Assembly: GCA_022605425.2 (NCBI GenBank)
Contig: CM061248.1
Coordinates: 496,001 to 560,000 of the forward strand
Direction of reading: 5' to 3'
DNA: 64,000 nt
Origin: Hamiltosporidium tvaerminnensis FI-OER-3-3
Lineage: Eukaryota; Fungi; Microsporidia
Shown here: piece after piece, positions 1 to 12,560 of the stretch
Layout: each line of letters opens with the position of its first letter
How positions within the stretch are numbered: position 1 is the stretch's first letter
The notes under the pieces: generated by a model
The model's database searches: none
Seen by the model: only the letters and a program-made list of their open reading frames with translations
Told to the model about the DNA's origin: nothing
Program-made: the position numbers and the translations under genes

Positions 1-2160
1 TCAACTAGAGTTCTTTTTCATTCTTTCGAGGATATGAAAAGTTACTAATAAGGTATTTGCTTTCGAAGTCTAATAGTAGCAAAAATTTATTTGCTTAGTT
101 GGCATTTATTCTAAATATATACACACCTAGTTTAGGCACAAATATATGTTAGTTTATACCAAAATGTGCATTCGGTTTTTAACATTTTCGGCTACCGTTA
201 TAAATGAATTCCATATTATAGATATATCACAAATTTTATAAGTTTTAATGGTTGGATTCACTTCTCTTTTTTTGTAGAATCCAAAATTAAGAATTTCGAT
301 AAAATTATTTCTACACATAGTTTCTGAGAAAAATCGAGACACCAATGTTTTATTACAGAAAAAAATTGAATTATTTGTTTCATAAACACCTTTTGCCTAA
401 ATATTTCTAATATCTACGTCTAGTTTTTCTTGAAATAACCTTCAATTTATTCCTTACACAATCTTCGTTTTTTCTATTGTGCATGTTGGTATATAGACAT
501 ATCATGGTTTTCAATTACCAATGAAAATGCTTTCATAAATTTGGCTGCCAAAATTTGATGCTTAACATATCATGTTGGTTCTTTTTCTTTAAATAAATTA
601 TGTATTGGAATTTTTCAAGCTGTATCACGTCTTTTTATGTCATTTTAAACATATACATTACTTGCAACAAGCTCTTTATTTTATCTCTCTAGTCCTAAGA
701 ATCCGAAAATAATCTGGTTCTTTTTCGTTTAAGATTTATATTCAAACAGATTTCTTCTTCATCTTTATTATTTGTATATTGAAGCACATCGTAAAATAAA
801 TCATTATCATCTCGAAAACGACACATCTTCATTTTGAGAAAATAAATCTCTTCAGTAGTTTCTGAACATTATTCGCAGTATTATTTATATCTTTTACTCG
901 CCGTATTAATTTTTTTGACATTCTATATGGTCAAATGAAATATTATTTTAATCTGAATATAGCTAATTAAGCCATATAATGATAATTATTATTTTCTTTA
1001 CCTTTTCTTTTATAAAAATACCACATAATATCTAAAATTTCATTAAGTTTCTTGAAATTTTAATTCACAATTATTTGGAATTAACTAACAACGAAAGAGT
1101 TTATGTTAAAACGCAACACACTATATACAATATCCTATATTCTAATTTACATCTTACTCTATAATCAATTATCTTGGATAGAATCATAAAAGATTATATC
1201 TGTCATTTGACTGGTCATAGTAGAAATAGGTATACATAAAGTATACTTAAAAACTCAAAACAAAAATATTATATTTATTTTGTTTTAATGGTAGAGAATT
1301 TAATTTAGTCAAATAATAGAATGTATCAGATTATATTAATTTTTTTAAAAAAAGTTTAAACTCGGTCAAAATACCAGTCACGGTATGTTTAGCGTTGAAA
1401 AATTTTGTAGAAAATTCGGGGGCTCTTTTTTGTAAGTTAAGATTTTATACTATTAAATTTTAATTATATCAATTCCGACTAGTTTTTCTTGTTTTATAGC
1501 TCAAAAATCTCAGGTTTCTTTTGCTATTTTGTGTTATAGATATAGTTTTTCAGTTATTATTATTCTGGTTGTTTTACAATATAATATCAAACTAAATTTA
1601 TTGAAGTGTAATAAGAAAGTATAAGCAATATCAATTTTTAGAACTTTCTAAAAAATAGTCTCTATTTAAATCTACCAAAAACACATAATTTAAAATTAAC
1701 TTTTATAATAGAACAAAGTATAACTGTGGCTACAAAATATTCGAGCAAATTTTGTTTCAAACAATGATAAATTTTACACAATCAATTACCGCAGGTAAAA
1801 TAATTGCTGTGAAAAGAATTATATTAATAGGATCAATAATGAAGATTAAAAAATAAAATAAAATACATAATAAGTAAATATCTTTGATTTAAACTATATA
1901 TATTTTATAAACATATTAAAATTTGATAATATATAATCTATATTTTAAATTTAAAATAAGTAAGAAATATTCCATTTATAATAGTAAATTTAAGAAGTAA
2001 AAATTTGAAAAAAAATATGACTTTTTAATTAATTTTAATATCTAATTATTTCAAAATAGTTATCGAAATTAAAAAGCGATTGAGATTAATTTCTGTATAT
2101 TTTATTGGCAGTATTTGATCAAAATGGTAATTTTTTTAGTATGCTTTAGTCTTTAAAAGA

Positions 2161-4194
2161 TTATTCGGTAGTAAATAAATCATTTCTTTCATAGTCCAAA
2201 TATGATAGTGTTTTTAAACATAATTCTTGCATGTAATCAAATTTGTTTTCATTTTCAACACATATTTGATTTTTAACATTTATTTCTGAATAGTTTAAAT
2301 TAAAGTCGATATCAAATATTTCATTATCAAAATATATAAATATTTCATCATTATCTTTATATTTGATAATAATGAAGGCATCATCAGAACTCCATTTAAA
2401 ATATTCAACTTCATTATTAAGAAAGATTTTTTGTAGAACTTTTCCACTTAAAATATCTAGAATAAAAATGTTATTATGTGATGAAACAAAATCATGATCA
2501 GCTTCAGTAAACTTGCTTACTTTGCAACACTCTATATTGAATTTACCAGTCATTACGGCAATATAATTATTTAAATTTGAGAATTCTATTGATTTTATAT
2601 TTTTTATTTGTAAACTTCTACATAATTTACCTGTTTTATAACATAAAATATCTATTCCATTACAATTTCCGATCGCAATAAATGAATAATTACTAGTAAT
2701 ATTTATAATACATGAGAAATCCTTGGTATAAATAAGTTCTCCAGAAATATTTCTGATTTCTAAAATGTTTTTATAACATAAAATTATTCTGTCCGTTACA
2801 ATGCACATTGAAGCATATTTAATAGGTGAATTTGTTGTAGAAAATTCAGACATTATTGACTTGCTTTTGATCGTCAGAATATAAATGGATCCTTTGTATG
2901 TCCCAATAATTATGAAATTGGAACATTTAGAAATATTTATTGATGAAAGAGAAGGTTCATACAAGAAATATGAAAGCTTTTTAGAAGAAAGTTTATAAAT
3001 ATATGAATTAAGAACAATAAAGCCGGTAGTGCCAAAAGAATTAAAAATTAAAGGTGCTAAATCTGTAAATTCCATTCCATTGTAATATTTTAAGTTTGAA
3101 TTATCTTCATTAACGTCTAATTTTATCTTTATCTTAGCAAAATAACTTTGTTCTTCTTTAATAAGACTGTAATATAATATTCCTTGTTTTGAAGCAATAA
3201 CAACCCCTCCATCAATATAATTTATTCCTACAACATTTTTCAAGCATCTTGGTCGTTCAATTATTGCCTCAAATTTTGATTTATTCAATTTTAAAGTTTT
3301 TAAACATGAATTATCAGTTACTAAAAGAATATCTTCTTCTGTCGGTAAAAATATTCCATCATTGTAAACCGAAAATAGATGTGTATTTTTCTTGTAATAA
3401 GTATTGTAGATAAGAAGTTCATTTGTGATTGTTGTACAAATTATATGTGTGTTGGATGGTGAAATTGAAATCGACGTAATATTCGGAGATTCAAATCGTA
3501 AAAGAATTTCATCGGTTTGTAAATTTATAAGAAAAATAATATTATGACTATATAGTAGTACTGAATGTGGATTTGAAGATTGAGAGAAATGTATGTTATT
3601 GTTAATATTCTCTATATTTGAATAATTATTGAATTCATTTTCCAAACAATGAAATTGATGGATAATTTTTTTCTTATTTATATTAAATAGAATTATTTTT
3701 TGATTTTCATCATAAATAATTATTTTGTTTTTATATGAAAGTGGATGAAACGAACAAAGAATACAACTGCTTAATTCATAAGAATTTAATTTTTCCAATA
3801 AAAAGGAAAACAAATATATTTTTTTCATATAGGAAATGACAATTATTGAATTACAAACTGTAAGAGTAATATTAGTTTTGAAATGAACCTCCTTTTCGGT
3901 CCAATCTTCGAAAGATGGTATAATTTCGTTAAAGTTTTCAAATAATTTTTTTTCAATGGTGATTCTACCTCTTTCGATTTTTCGAATACATAAATCAGTT
4001 GAAATTACAAATATTATATTTTCGTATTCAACTATTTTAAGAATATCTGGAAGAATTGGTGAAACAAATAAAAGTGAGAGATTTTGGATTGAATATTGAA
4101 ATACATGTGATTTCGTATATGTAGTTACTGTTTGAAGATTGAATGAATTTATAATTTTATGTTGCTGATTTATTGTTCTAACGTGCTGAAACAT
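2161..4194 (-). CDS. WD40-repeat beta-propeller protein, probably UTP21/WDR36-like SSU processome component
   Basis: 677-aa ORF with CCCTCA just before the ATG. WD40-like blades (ITSISISPSNTHII, SSINISKCSNFIIIGTYKGSIYIL, IKSIEFSNLNNYIAV, FKWSSDDAFIII). HPLSYKNKIII resembles the UTP21 'HP.TYLNKI' segment. Confidence 0.6.
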   Translation of the reverse strand: MFQHVRTINQQHKIINSFNLQTVTTYTKSHVFQYSIQNLSLLFVSPILPDILKIVEYENIIFVISTDLCIRKIERGRITIEKKLFENFNEIIPSFEDWTEKEVHFKTNITLTVCNSIIVISYMKKIYLFSFLLEKLNSYELSSCILCSFHPLSYKNKIIIYDENQKIILFNINKKKIIHQFHCLENEFNNYSNIENINNNIHFSQSSNPHSVLLYSHNIIFLINLQTDEILLRFESPNITSISISPSNTHIICTTITNELLIYNTYYKKNTHLFSVYNDGIFLPTEEDILLVTDNSCLKTLKLNKSKFEAIIERPRCLKNVVGINYIDGGVVIASKQGILYYSLIKEEQSYFAKIKIKLDVNEDNSNLKYYNGMEFTDLAPLIFNSFGTTGFIVLNSYIYKLSSKKLSYFLYEPSLSSINISKCSNFIIIGTYKGSIYILTIKSKSIMSEFSTTNSPIKYASMCIVTDRIILCYKNILEIRNISGELIYTKDFSCIINITSNYSFIAIGNCNGIDILCYKTGKLCRSLQIKNIKSIEFSNLNNYIAVMTGKFNIECCKVSKFTEADHDFVSSHNNIFILDILSGKVLQKIFLNNEVEYFKWSSDDAFIIIKYKDNDEIFIYFDNEIFDIDFNLNYSEINVKNQICVENENKFDYMQELCLKTLSYLDYERNDLFTTE

Positions 4195-4862
4195 TGAGGG
4201 TCTTTTAAAAATTTAAATCATTTATATTAAAAATAAATTTTATATCGCATTAATATTTTAGCAGATAAAGGAAAGTTTTGAATTTTAATGAAAACTAGAA
4301 TAACTATTACGTGTATTACTAATATTTTAAGAGTAACCGTGTATATCAAGTCAATGGATATTTGAAACATTTTAATGCCGATTAGTTTTTTAATTTTTCT
4401 TTTTTAGATTTCTTCAAATAATCTAAAATCATTTGATTAGTATTTAAATTGAAATATTTATTTAAGTTTGTTCATAAATTGCATAAAAAAGCATAGAGTT
4501 TTAACAAAAAGAATCTATGAATATTGTTGCAAAAAGTGATTTAACCAGGCTTAGATTACAAATTATGAATCTATACAAATAATAATGTTTCGAGAAAAGA
4601 GTCTTCCTTCAATATTAAGTGAATACGATATAAAACAAATCTATACAGACTAAATTGTGAGTAAATTTTTATAAAGATTTTATAGATTTAGATATAAGAA
4701 TATGAAGAGTTTTCTTTGAATTACTTACATAATACTTACTTAAACATAATATTAAAGTGAAAAAGCCTTTAAACAACTCTAGTCGATAAAAATATATACT
4801 CTCTTAATTAGTTTTATTCTAAAACAAATTTTTTAATTGCAAATTATATTACTTAAATAAGA

Positions 4863-5100
4863 TTTTTTATCCATCATTCTGGGAGCAGAATTGGCTTGGA
4901 GTATTCTCTGCTTGTGTAAGAGGCGACTAAAAGGGACTAGTCCTCCATGTTGGACGTAGGGCTAACAACCCACCCTTTGAAATCACCTTGTTACGTAGCC
5001 CGAAAATGTAAACAAACCCCACTGGACAAAGACCGGTGGGCGGTATTACTAAGGGAGGCCAAGGCTCGTACATGGCTGTAGTGCCAAGGATGAATAAAAA
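4863..5100 (+). mobile_element. Bipartite RTE-derived SINE (5' UTR and 3' end of the RTE family at 60430-63515)
   Basis: 5' half matches 63380-63505(-); 3' half matches 60435-60505(-). Flanked by a degenerate 16-bp TSD: tattacttaaataaga (4847-4862) / tatgacttaaattaga (5101-5116). Second copy at 54634. Confidence 0.8.
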
Positions 5101-5769
5101 TATGACTTAAATTAGAAAATAAAAAAAACAAATGCCGAATTCACCAATAAGTGCCATTATGGCTTTTATAAAACAAACATTGCTTTATTTCAAGGAAAAG
5201 AAAATAATGAACGCTTTGATTTCTCGAAAATACAAAAATAAAAAAATATTTAAATAAATCAAGTTAAAATTTCGAAATGTAGCATCAATATGTTTAAGAA
5301 CCCCCCAAAAAATAACACTATGAATAAATTCGAACTAAAAAAAATCATGAATTAACTTAAATAGTCGTGTCTCATGTTCTTGATATTACAATAAGAGAAA
5401 TCTTTTATTAAAGGGTAAGAAACCTTTTAACAATAAAACATTTATTGATGAGGCCAAAACTAAATATTAATATATTACCATAGTTATAAAAATATTACAT
5501 TTAAGAGTCTTTTTGAATATATATTGAAAAATTCCTATAACTTATAAATATTTAATTAGAAAATAATTAATTTAAAATTGAAAAAATCAATTAAAGTCAA
5601 TTCTTGTAATATCAGTTAATATGAAATTGATTTCAAAATAGAATCTAAGGATTTTTATAAAAATAATCAAAAAAGAATTCAAATGGTTAAAAAAATATAA
5701 AAAAGATAAAACTTTAAAAAATATAGAAAGAAATTGAATAAAAACATATTGTTTACTTTTTTAAATAAA

Positions 5770-7775
5770 TTATGGCATTCTCACAATGACTTTACCCATG
5801 TTACGTAAAACCACTTTTTCTGATTTTACGAGATATTCTATTGCTCGATTGATTTTTTCATCCCCATAATCCTTTAATCGGTCTCTCAAACTGTCATAAC
5901 TTCTTCCTGTTCCTACTGGTAGCATTTCTCTGATTTTGTCACATAATATTCTTATTTCATCAACTATTCCTTTTCTGTTCATTCCTTCAATATAGTATCC
6001 TTTATTAACCGCATCCATCGTACTAACCATAAATAATCTTATTGCTTCTTCAACGTGCCATTCGCAAACATTTTCATTAAGCTCCATTCTTGCTAAAGCT
6101 TCTGCACACCTACAAACGGATTCTAACTGACGAACAGTAATAGGTATAATACTTTTTTCTCCACCCATTTTTTCCCATTTTTTAATATTTTTTCTAGCGT
6201 TAACATAGAAATCACATAGTCTATCTCTTGCTTTATCATTTAAAGAAGGAAATATTTTACTTCGAGCGTAAAGAATATATCTCCTGAGTATTTCCGTGTC
6301 TAAAAAACCCATGTTTTTTGAATCTTTATGTATTCCCATTATATGTCTAGCCATCTCTTCATCTCTGCTTCTAATACATTCATCTTTAATTATGAAAATG
6401 AAATCAAATCTACTCATAACACTGATCCCAAAATCAATATTTTCTCCTATGCTTCGATAATTATCATATCTACCAAAGGTTGGATTCGCTGCTGCTAAAA
6501 CACTACATCTAGTATTTAGAGAAGTTGTTATACCCGCCTTTGCTATACTAACAGTCTGTTGCTCCATTGCTTCATGTATAGCGACTTGATCTTTCAAATC
6601 CATTTTATCAAATTCATCAATACAACAAACACCACCATCGCTTAAAACCAAAGCGCCACCCTCTAAACAGAACTCACCTTTGGAATCTCTTATCACTGCA
6701 GCTGTTAACCCAGCTGCCGAACTTCCTTTACCACTGGTATATACACCAACAGGGGATAAATTACACGTTTGTTTCAGTAACTGACTTTTTGCTACGCCAG
6801 GATCACCCAAAAGCAAAATATTTAAATCCCCTCTGAGTGTTATGCCATCTTCTAATATTCTTCGAGTTCCACCAAACAATAAACAGACAATTGCTTTTTT
6901 TACATCCTCCATTCCATGTATAAATGGTGCAATCGATTTTACAATTAAAGAATAAGCTGTGTTATTTTTTAATTCAGAATTATTTTTTGGTTCTGAATTG
7001 TTTTCATCGGGCAAAACGCCTTTAGAAATTTGTCTAAACATTAGTTCTTCTTCTTCCGTAAAACATTTCGTATCTCTTTCTTCGCTATTTATTCCAATGA
7101 CTTTAAAATATGAATGAGTTTCTTTGATTCCATAAATAACGGTAACCGATACTTCTTTTCCAGGTGTGATTCTATTTATTAAATTATTTTCAAGAACAAG
7201 AGTCGCATGTTTAGGAGTTTCATTCGGTGGAATGTCTTGAAAAGTTTCTTGTATTTTAACATATTGAGTATCCAATACTTGACATTTTTCTGGAATAATT
7301 GTAAAAGGATCCATAGAACACTGATTAGAGCATGAACGTGGAATATAATCAAGAATTCGTGTAGTAAGACGCTCTTGCATTGTAAAAATAGAGATGATGG
7401 TTTCACAATTACTTGTGACGCATTTACTGCAATACCCTGTATTCTTATAATTTTATTGATATATGAAGAATCAATAGCTCGGATCGAAATAGGCGAAACA
7501 TTTAAAATTAATTCTAATTTTGAAGTTACTTGTTCAAAAATTTGTATTACATGTAAAGGTCTGCGTTTTAATTCTTGAAATAATTGAAAATCGTACGCTG
7601 AAAGGTGCTGAAGATTTATTTTCATAATAGATTTAGGTGTACGATAAATGTATCTTTCATCGTGTTGGAAAGAAGATATAAATGATTGATATTGTTGTTT
7701 AATTATTTCATCACTTAGTAATGGTTGAGTATTTAATAAATCAATGCTTGATATTTGGTTTTCGTCCCAGTTCAT
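5770..7775 (-). CDS. MCM5: DNA replication licensing factor MCM5, split by a 1-bp frameshift at 7370/7371
   Basis: Walker A GDPGVAKSQ, IDEFDKM, arginine finger SRFD, YTSGKGSSAAGLTAAV, PITVRQLE. The N-terminal ORF starts MNWDENQISS at 7775 after CCCTT. Inserting one T joins the frames and restores CKSC...C...C. Confidence 0.9.
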
Positions 7776-9130
7776 AAGGGAAGGAAAAATATCGGAAATA
7801 AAACGATTTTTTTTAAAAATTAGAAATCTTAAAATAAAAATACAATTTTGCTTCAAACAAATTCACATAACAAATAAATTTTTGATGATTGTAGAAAGAA
7901 AATCGTCTTTAATCTAAAATAAAAAAATTTACAAAGAAATAATTAAAAAAGAAATCGATATATATTTGCGAAATTTCTAAAGTACATTTTAATTTGATAA
8001 ATTAAATTCTATTATTACAATAAATTAGAAAATCTATTTAAAAAAAATAAATCTAATATAAAAAATATCATAACATTGTATTAATTTTATTAAATCAATT
8101 CTTTTTGAATGCTATCTTCTAAATTAATTCATAAATTATTTTTTATAAAAAAATCTTTAAACTTCTGGTTATAAACTTATAATTTACAAAGAAATCATTT
8201 TATTTCTACATTATTTACTAAAAGTTAAGAAATAAATTCAGTTTTCTTTTTTATATAGCTTTGTTAAAAAAATTAATTGTACATCTATATATATAATAAA
8301 GACGGTAAAAAACCAATATATATATTAAAAACCAATTTGATCAAAGTAAGATACCTATATTTATAATCTAAAAATATTTATTTACAGTATTAAATAAAGA
8401 ATATATCCGAAAGATCATAATAATTAGTACAAAATATTATTACGGTCAAAAATCAATATATCTTAAAATTTTATTGTTATAACAGCTTGAGGAATAGTTT
8501 AGACATATTGAAAATAATAAAGTGATTGTTTTGTAATTTAGCCGAATATTTTAAAATTATAACATATGATTTATTCCACCTAATAAACTACCAATAAACT
8601 TGATAGAAATTTAGAAATATTTCATACAAATTAATTATGTTTTAGGGCATTTATAATTTATTAAACGAACAATAACCATTATAAAATTTACCTCACAAAA
8701 TAGTAAGATAAAATTTTATTTTTTAAATAAAGCAAAATTATTTTGTCAAATCTTTTTAAATTTAATTAAAGTGGCAAATCAAATAGTAATTTAGTTAGAC
8801 TTAAATACCAAAACATTTTTATTTCAAAGTAACTATTAACGAAAAAATTATTTTGATTAAAGATAGTGAGAGCAGAAGTAACCATTTATATAAATAAATA
8901 ATGTAAAAGTCAAATTGAAAGTTTGATGTCAAAAAAATATCTATTGTAAATATAATTTTTTGAATTACACTATTACAGAATTTAGAAATTCTTAAATCAT
9001 GTAAGATGTATATCAAATATTCTAAAAGAAAATGATTTTTAGCAAATTTAATTTCATAAAAAATATTAAAAATTTGAAAACGTATATTATCTAAATGTAA
9101 ATTTTATAAAATTTAAAAATGAAATATATT

Positions 9131-11416
9131 CTAAAGAAAATAATCAAAATCATCATCCTTCAAAAATGAGGGACTCCCAAAAACATCATAATGATGTCTT
9201 TCGCCTGATTTCCAATGATTTTCAGTAATTTCATAATTCGAATAAATTTCAGGACAATTTTTTGATGTTGATATTGGCAGATCAAAATATAAAAAATAAA
9301 ACAAAATATTCCAAAACAAATCCTTTTCTTTCTCCATTAATTCTACTTTTGTAACATTTTCTAATATTATAAAATCTATCAATAAAAATATATTTTCAGG
9401 TAGAATCAATCTTACTATTAATGAATTATGAATTTCACCATTTTCAAGTTTATATATAAATAAAGATGTACTGTAATTTTTCCCACATCGACAGTTTTTT
9501 GAACTCCAATTTATTTCACTTTTTATATTTTTTTTCAAAAATTCTATAAGTTTTTTGTTGGTTGTATATAAAATATTGCAGTCACAAATTTTCAATGGTA
9601 TTATTCTGTAATTTGAAAGGTCAAAAAATTCGAAAAATCTATTTTTTATGATTTTAGAATCCGTTGTTGCCTTTAAATTATCCACCATTTTAGAATCAAT
9701 TTCTATTTTTAGACTTTTTAAAAAATTTAAAAAAAATGTTAAATTTTCTAAATCATTTGCTTCTGATAATTTTCCGAAAAACAAAAATGCTGTTTCTTTT
9801 AAATAACCTCTTTCGTTAATAAACAATATTGCTTTTTTCACAAAATGATTTAACATTTTAATCCAAACCTTTATTGAATCAAATTCCAATTCCTTTTTAT
9901 TCACACTATCTATATAAACAAATGGCATGAATAATAATTTGGCACTATTTTCATTCATTTTGACAGAATACTGACATATTTGATCGAAATTTTTCTTATG
10001 ATAATATCTTTTAAAAAATCGAGTTCCGCCGAAAATATTAAAAAAATCATCTTCATTTTTAAAAAATTCATATTCCTTGAAAATACGTTTAGAATCTTCT
10101 AAAAATGTTATTAGTTCGGTTTTCAAAATTTCATTTTTTTCATATATTTTACTAAAAGCCTTTTCTCGTAGTATTTTAATATTATTTTCGATGATTAAAA
10201 AATATCTCTTCATGACAGAAAGCTTATCTTCAAATGTACTCAGTGAATATTTCAAATCATCGTAGAATGGTAAATACCGAATTTTATTTTCACGTAAAAT
10301 ACACATTTCATCTAAATCGATAACGATGACATCTAAAGATTCAAAATTGAAATCTTCTGCACCTTTTTCGATTCCAAAAATAAATGGAAAGGGACTTTCA
10401 TACAAAAAAGAAAGCTGCTGTGGTAATGGAGAAACGACCAAAAAGTCCCATTCAAATGGTGCAAGAGATTTCAAAATAAATAAAATAACCTGATATATTT
10501 GAAAAGCAGATTTTGATAGGAAAACAATTCTTTCTTCCATAAAAATATGTGAAAATACTTTTATTAAAAAATCATTATCGAATACTAAAGTAAAATTATC
10601 TCTTTGGATTTTATCAATTTCAATTAATTTATTTCTTTTATATTCAACTGAGAAAAGACTACTATTAAAAATTGGAATTTCCATAATTGTTTCAATCAGA
10701 TTGGTTTTTTGAATATCAGTATATTCCATCATTAAATTATAACAATTGATTAAAAACAAAATAAATTCATGATGATTTATACATGTAATCATTACAAAAA
10801 AATATTCAGAATTATTATTTATATATCGAATATAATATCCATAATTTGTTTCATCTGCTGATTTTATAAAAATAAATGTATGAACACTTAAATTTCCGAA
10901 ATATTTTTTGTTTTCAAACAGAAAAAACGGTATAAAGGATCGCAATGTATTATTTTTTTCAATAGAGAGTTCTATTTCATAAAAATTTTCATCAATTGAT
11001 TCCATATGCTTGTAAAAATTTTTAAATTTCAGACTTTTTTCGGATTCAATAAAAATCGGAAAGAAATTTCCAATTTCACTATTGTTTTTCTTATTTGTTT
11101 TCTTAAAGAAATATCTTTTACCATCAAAAATTAAAAAACTTCCGGTTGTTTCATTTGATTCTACAAACTGAAAATCAAATCCCTCTTTTCCCATTTTATA
11201 TAAAATATATGCGCTTCCTGATTTTTGATTATTTTCACCATTTACTTCTACATATTCATAAAATTCAATTCTTAGATCTTCATTTGTAATAATAGAATAA
11301 GAAGAATCAATAGGATCGCAAATATCATGTATTTTTAATTCTTGAATGTAATATTCATTGTATTCTAATTTTCTTTTGAAAAGATAAAAATTATCCAATA
11401 ATTTATTTTGGTTCAT
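9131..11416 (-). CDS. DENN-domain protein (Rab GEF family)
   Basis: 761 aa. Core DENN motifs MEERIVFLS, LAPFEWDFLVVSPLP, ESPFPFIFG, DVIVIDLD. CCC upstream of the ATG. Confidence 0.85.
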   Translation of the reverse strand: MNQNKLLDNFYLFKRKLEYNEYYIQELKIHDICDPIDSSYSIITNEDLRIEFYEYVEVNGENNQKSGSAYILYKMGKEGFDFQFVESNETTGSFLIFDGKRYFFKKTNKKNNSEIGNFFPIFIESEKSLKFKNFYKHMESIDENFYEIELSIEKNNTLRSFIPFFLFENKKYFGNLSVHTFIFIKSADETNYGYYIRYINNNSEYFFVMITCINHHEFILFLINCYNLMMEYTDIQKTNLIETIMEIPIFNSSLFSVEYKRNKLIEIDKIQRDNFTLVFDNDFLIKVFSHIFMEERIVFLSKSAFQIYQVILFILKSLAPFEWDFLVVSPLPQQLSFLYESPFPFIFGIEKGAEDFNFESLDVIVIDLDEMCILRENKIRYLPFYDDLKYSLSTFEDKLSVMKRYFLIIENNIKILREKAFSKIYEKNEILKTELITFLEDSKRIFKEYEFFKNEDDFFNIFGGTRFFKRYYHKKNFDQICQYSVKMNENSAKLLFMPFVYIDSVNKKELEFDSIKVWIKMLNHFVKKAILFINERGYLKETAFLFFGKLSEANDLENLTFFLNFLKSLKIEIDSKMVDNLKATTDSKIIKNRFFEFFDLSNYRIIPLKICDCNILYTTNKKLIEFLKKNIKSEINWSSKNCRCGKNYSTSLFIYKLENGEIHNSLIVRLILPENIFLLIDFIILENVTKVELMEKEKDLFWNILFYFLYFDLPISTSKNCPEIYSNYEITENHWKSGERHHYDVFGSPSFLKDDDFDYFL

Positions 11417-11699
11417 TAAGTGGAATGGGTTTTGTTACATATTAGCTTTAGTTAAAACCTACCCCTTAATGTATAAAAACAAAAAAATGATGGGTGTTTA
11501 AATAAATAGTTGTGTAAATAAATTATACATTGTTTAGTTGATGAAATACTTCATTAAAGGATTTTGTAATTTAGGAAGAAATATCATGATATCTAAGAAA
11601 AGCTCAACTGGAAAATTTATATCACCAAAATAGAAACCACAATATTGCATTTGGAAACATATATTAGAAAAATTTAAGATTTTCTTGTTCTTGATTCAA

Positions 11700-12560
11700 A
11701 GATATCCTTAGAAAGGAAACATCAAACCACGTGATGAAATAGTCTTCTGTTATATTTAGGATTTAATGTATTTGTAGGTGCAAATAAAATCGATGTAGAG
11801 GATTACTCAAACCCATGACTTGCGGCTGCAAACCTACAATATTGATAAAACGAATGCAGTGATACTGGGTATATGGTAGCAAGGATCATATTAGAATATA
11901 CGTACCGACAGGGAACCAGCTAGAAGAGTTCCGAATTCGTAACAAAATCGAGATTCAAAATTCATATCGAAATACAGTATTGTTAACGAAGTGATAAGAA
12001 CCAGACACTGATGGCTGGGCCATCTTGAACGAATGACAGAAAGGAGTGTGTTAGAAAGGGTGTATATTTTCAATCAAGATGGTCGAAGAATCCTTGTTTG
12101 CCATAAAACTAGATGGCTAGATGGTATTAAAGAAGATCTCAGTAATCTTGGAATAGACGAATGGGAAAAGGAGGCGCTTGATCGTAACAGGTGGAATTTT
12201 ATAATTATATGAGGCTAGCGCTATATTGAGGCGTAACAACATTTAGTAAGAAAGTAAGAGAACTTGATCCTAAAAAATGTTTGTGTTTGACTACACCAAA
12301 CGAAATAAAAAGTATTTCGGAGTCCAGATATATATTTATTTAATAGATATAAATTCAAATCTTCAAAATAAGTTAGGAATCACATTATTCAAGAAATTCT
12401 TGAAAATTTATCTGCAGAAATAAAAGTAGACACCCGTATAAAAACCGATATATTAATATGGAATATTAAACCAAAAATATATGTTTTATATTGTAAAGTA
12501 AATAAATAGTGCTTTTGAATTCAAATTTCTTTGTCAAGATTCACTTCAAATAGTTGAAAC
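11700..12560 (+). mobile_element. Old decayed R4-like retrotransposon fragment, interrupted by an RTE 3' end
   Basis: Remnants KGNIKPRDE.VFCYI (~11712) and IQEILEN..AEIKVDTRIKTD (~12385) match the R4-like copies elsewhere in the window. Confidence 0.7.
11890..12258 (+). mobile_element. 5'-truncated RTE-clade LINE 3' end
   Basis: Encodes WLGHLERM...RWLDGIKEDLSNLGIDEWEKEALDRNRW, typical of the RTE C-terminus. Ends in an agtaagaaagtaag short-repeat tail. Confidence 0.75.

Noticed and set aside
7776-7856. Upstream TTG start of the MCM5 N-terminal ORF
   Set aside because: The ATG at 7775 follows the CCC motif; the extension is AT-rich promoter sequence.
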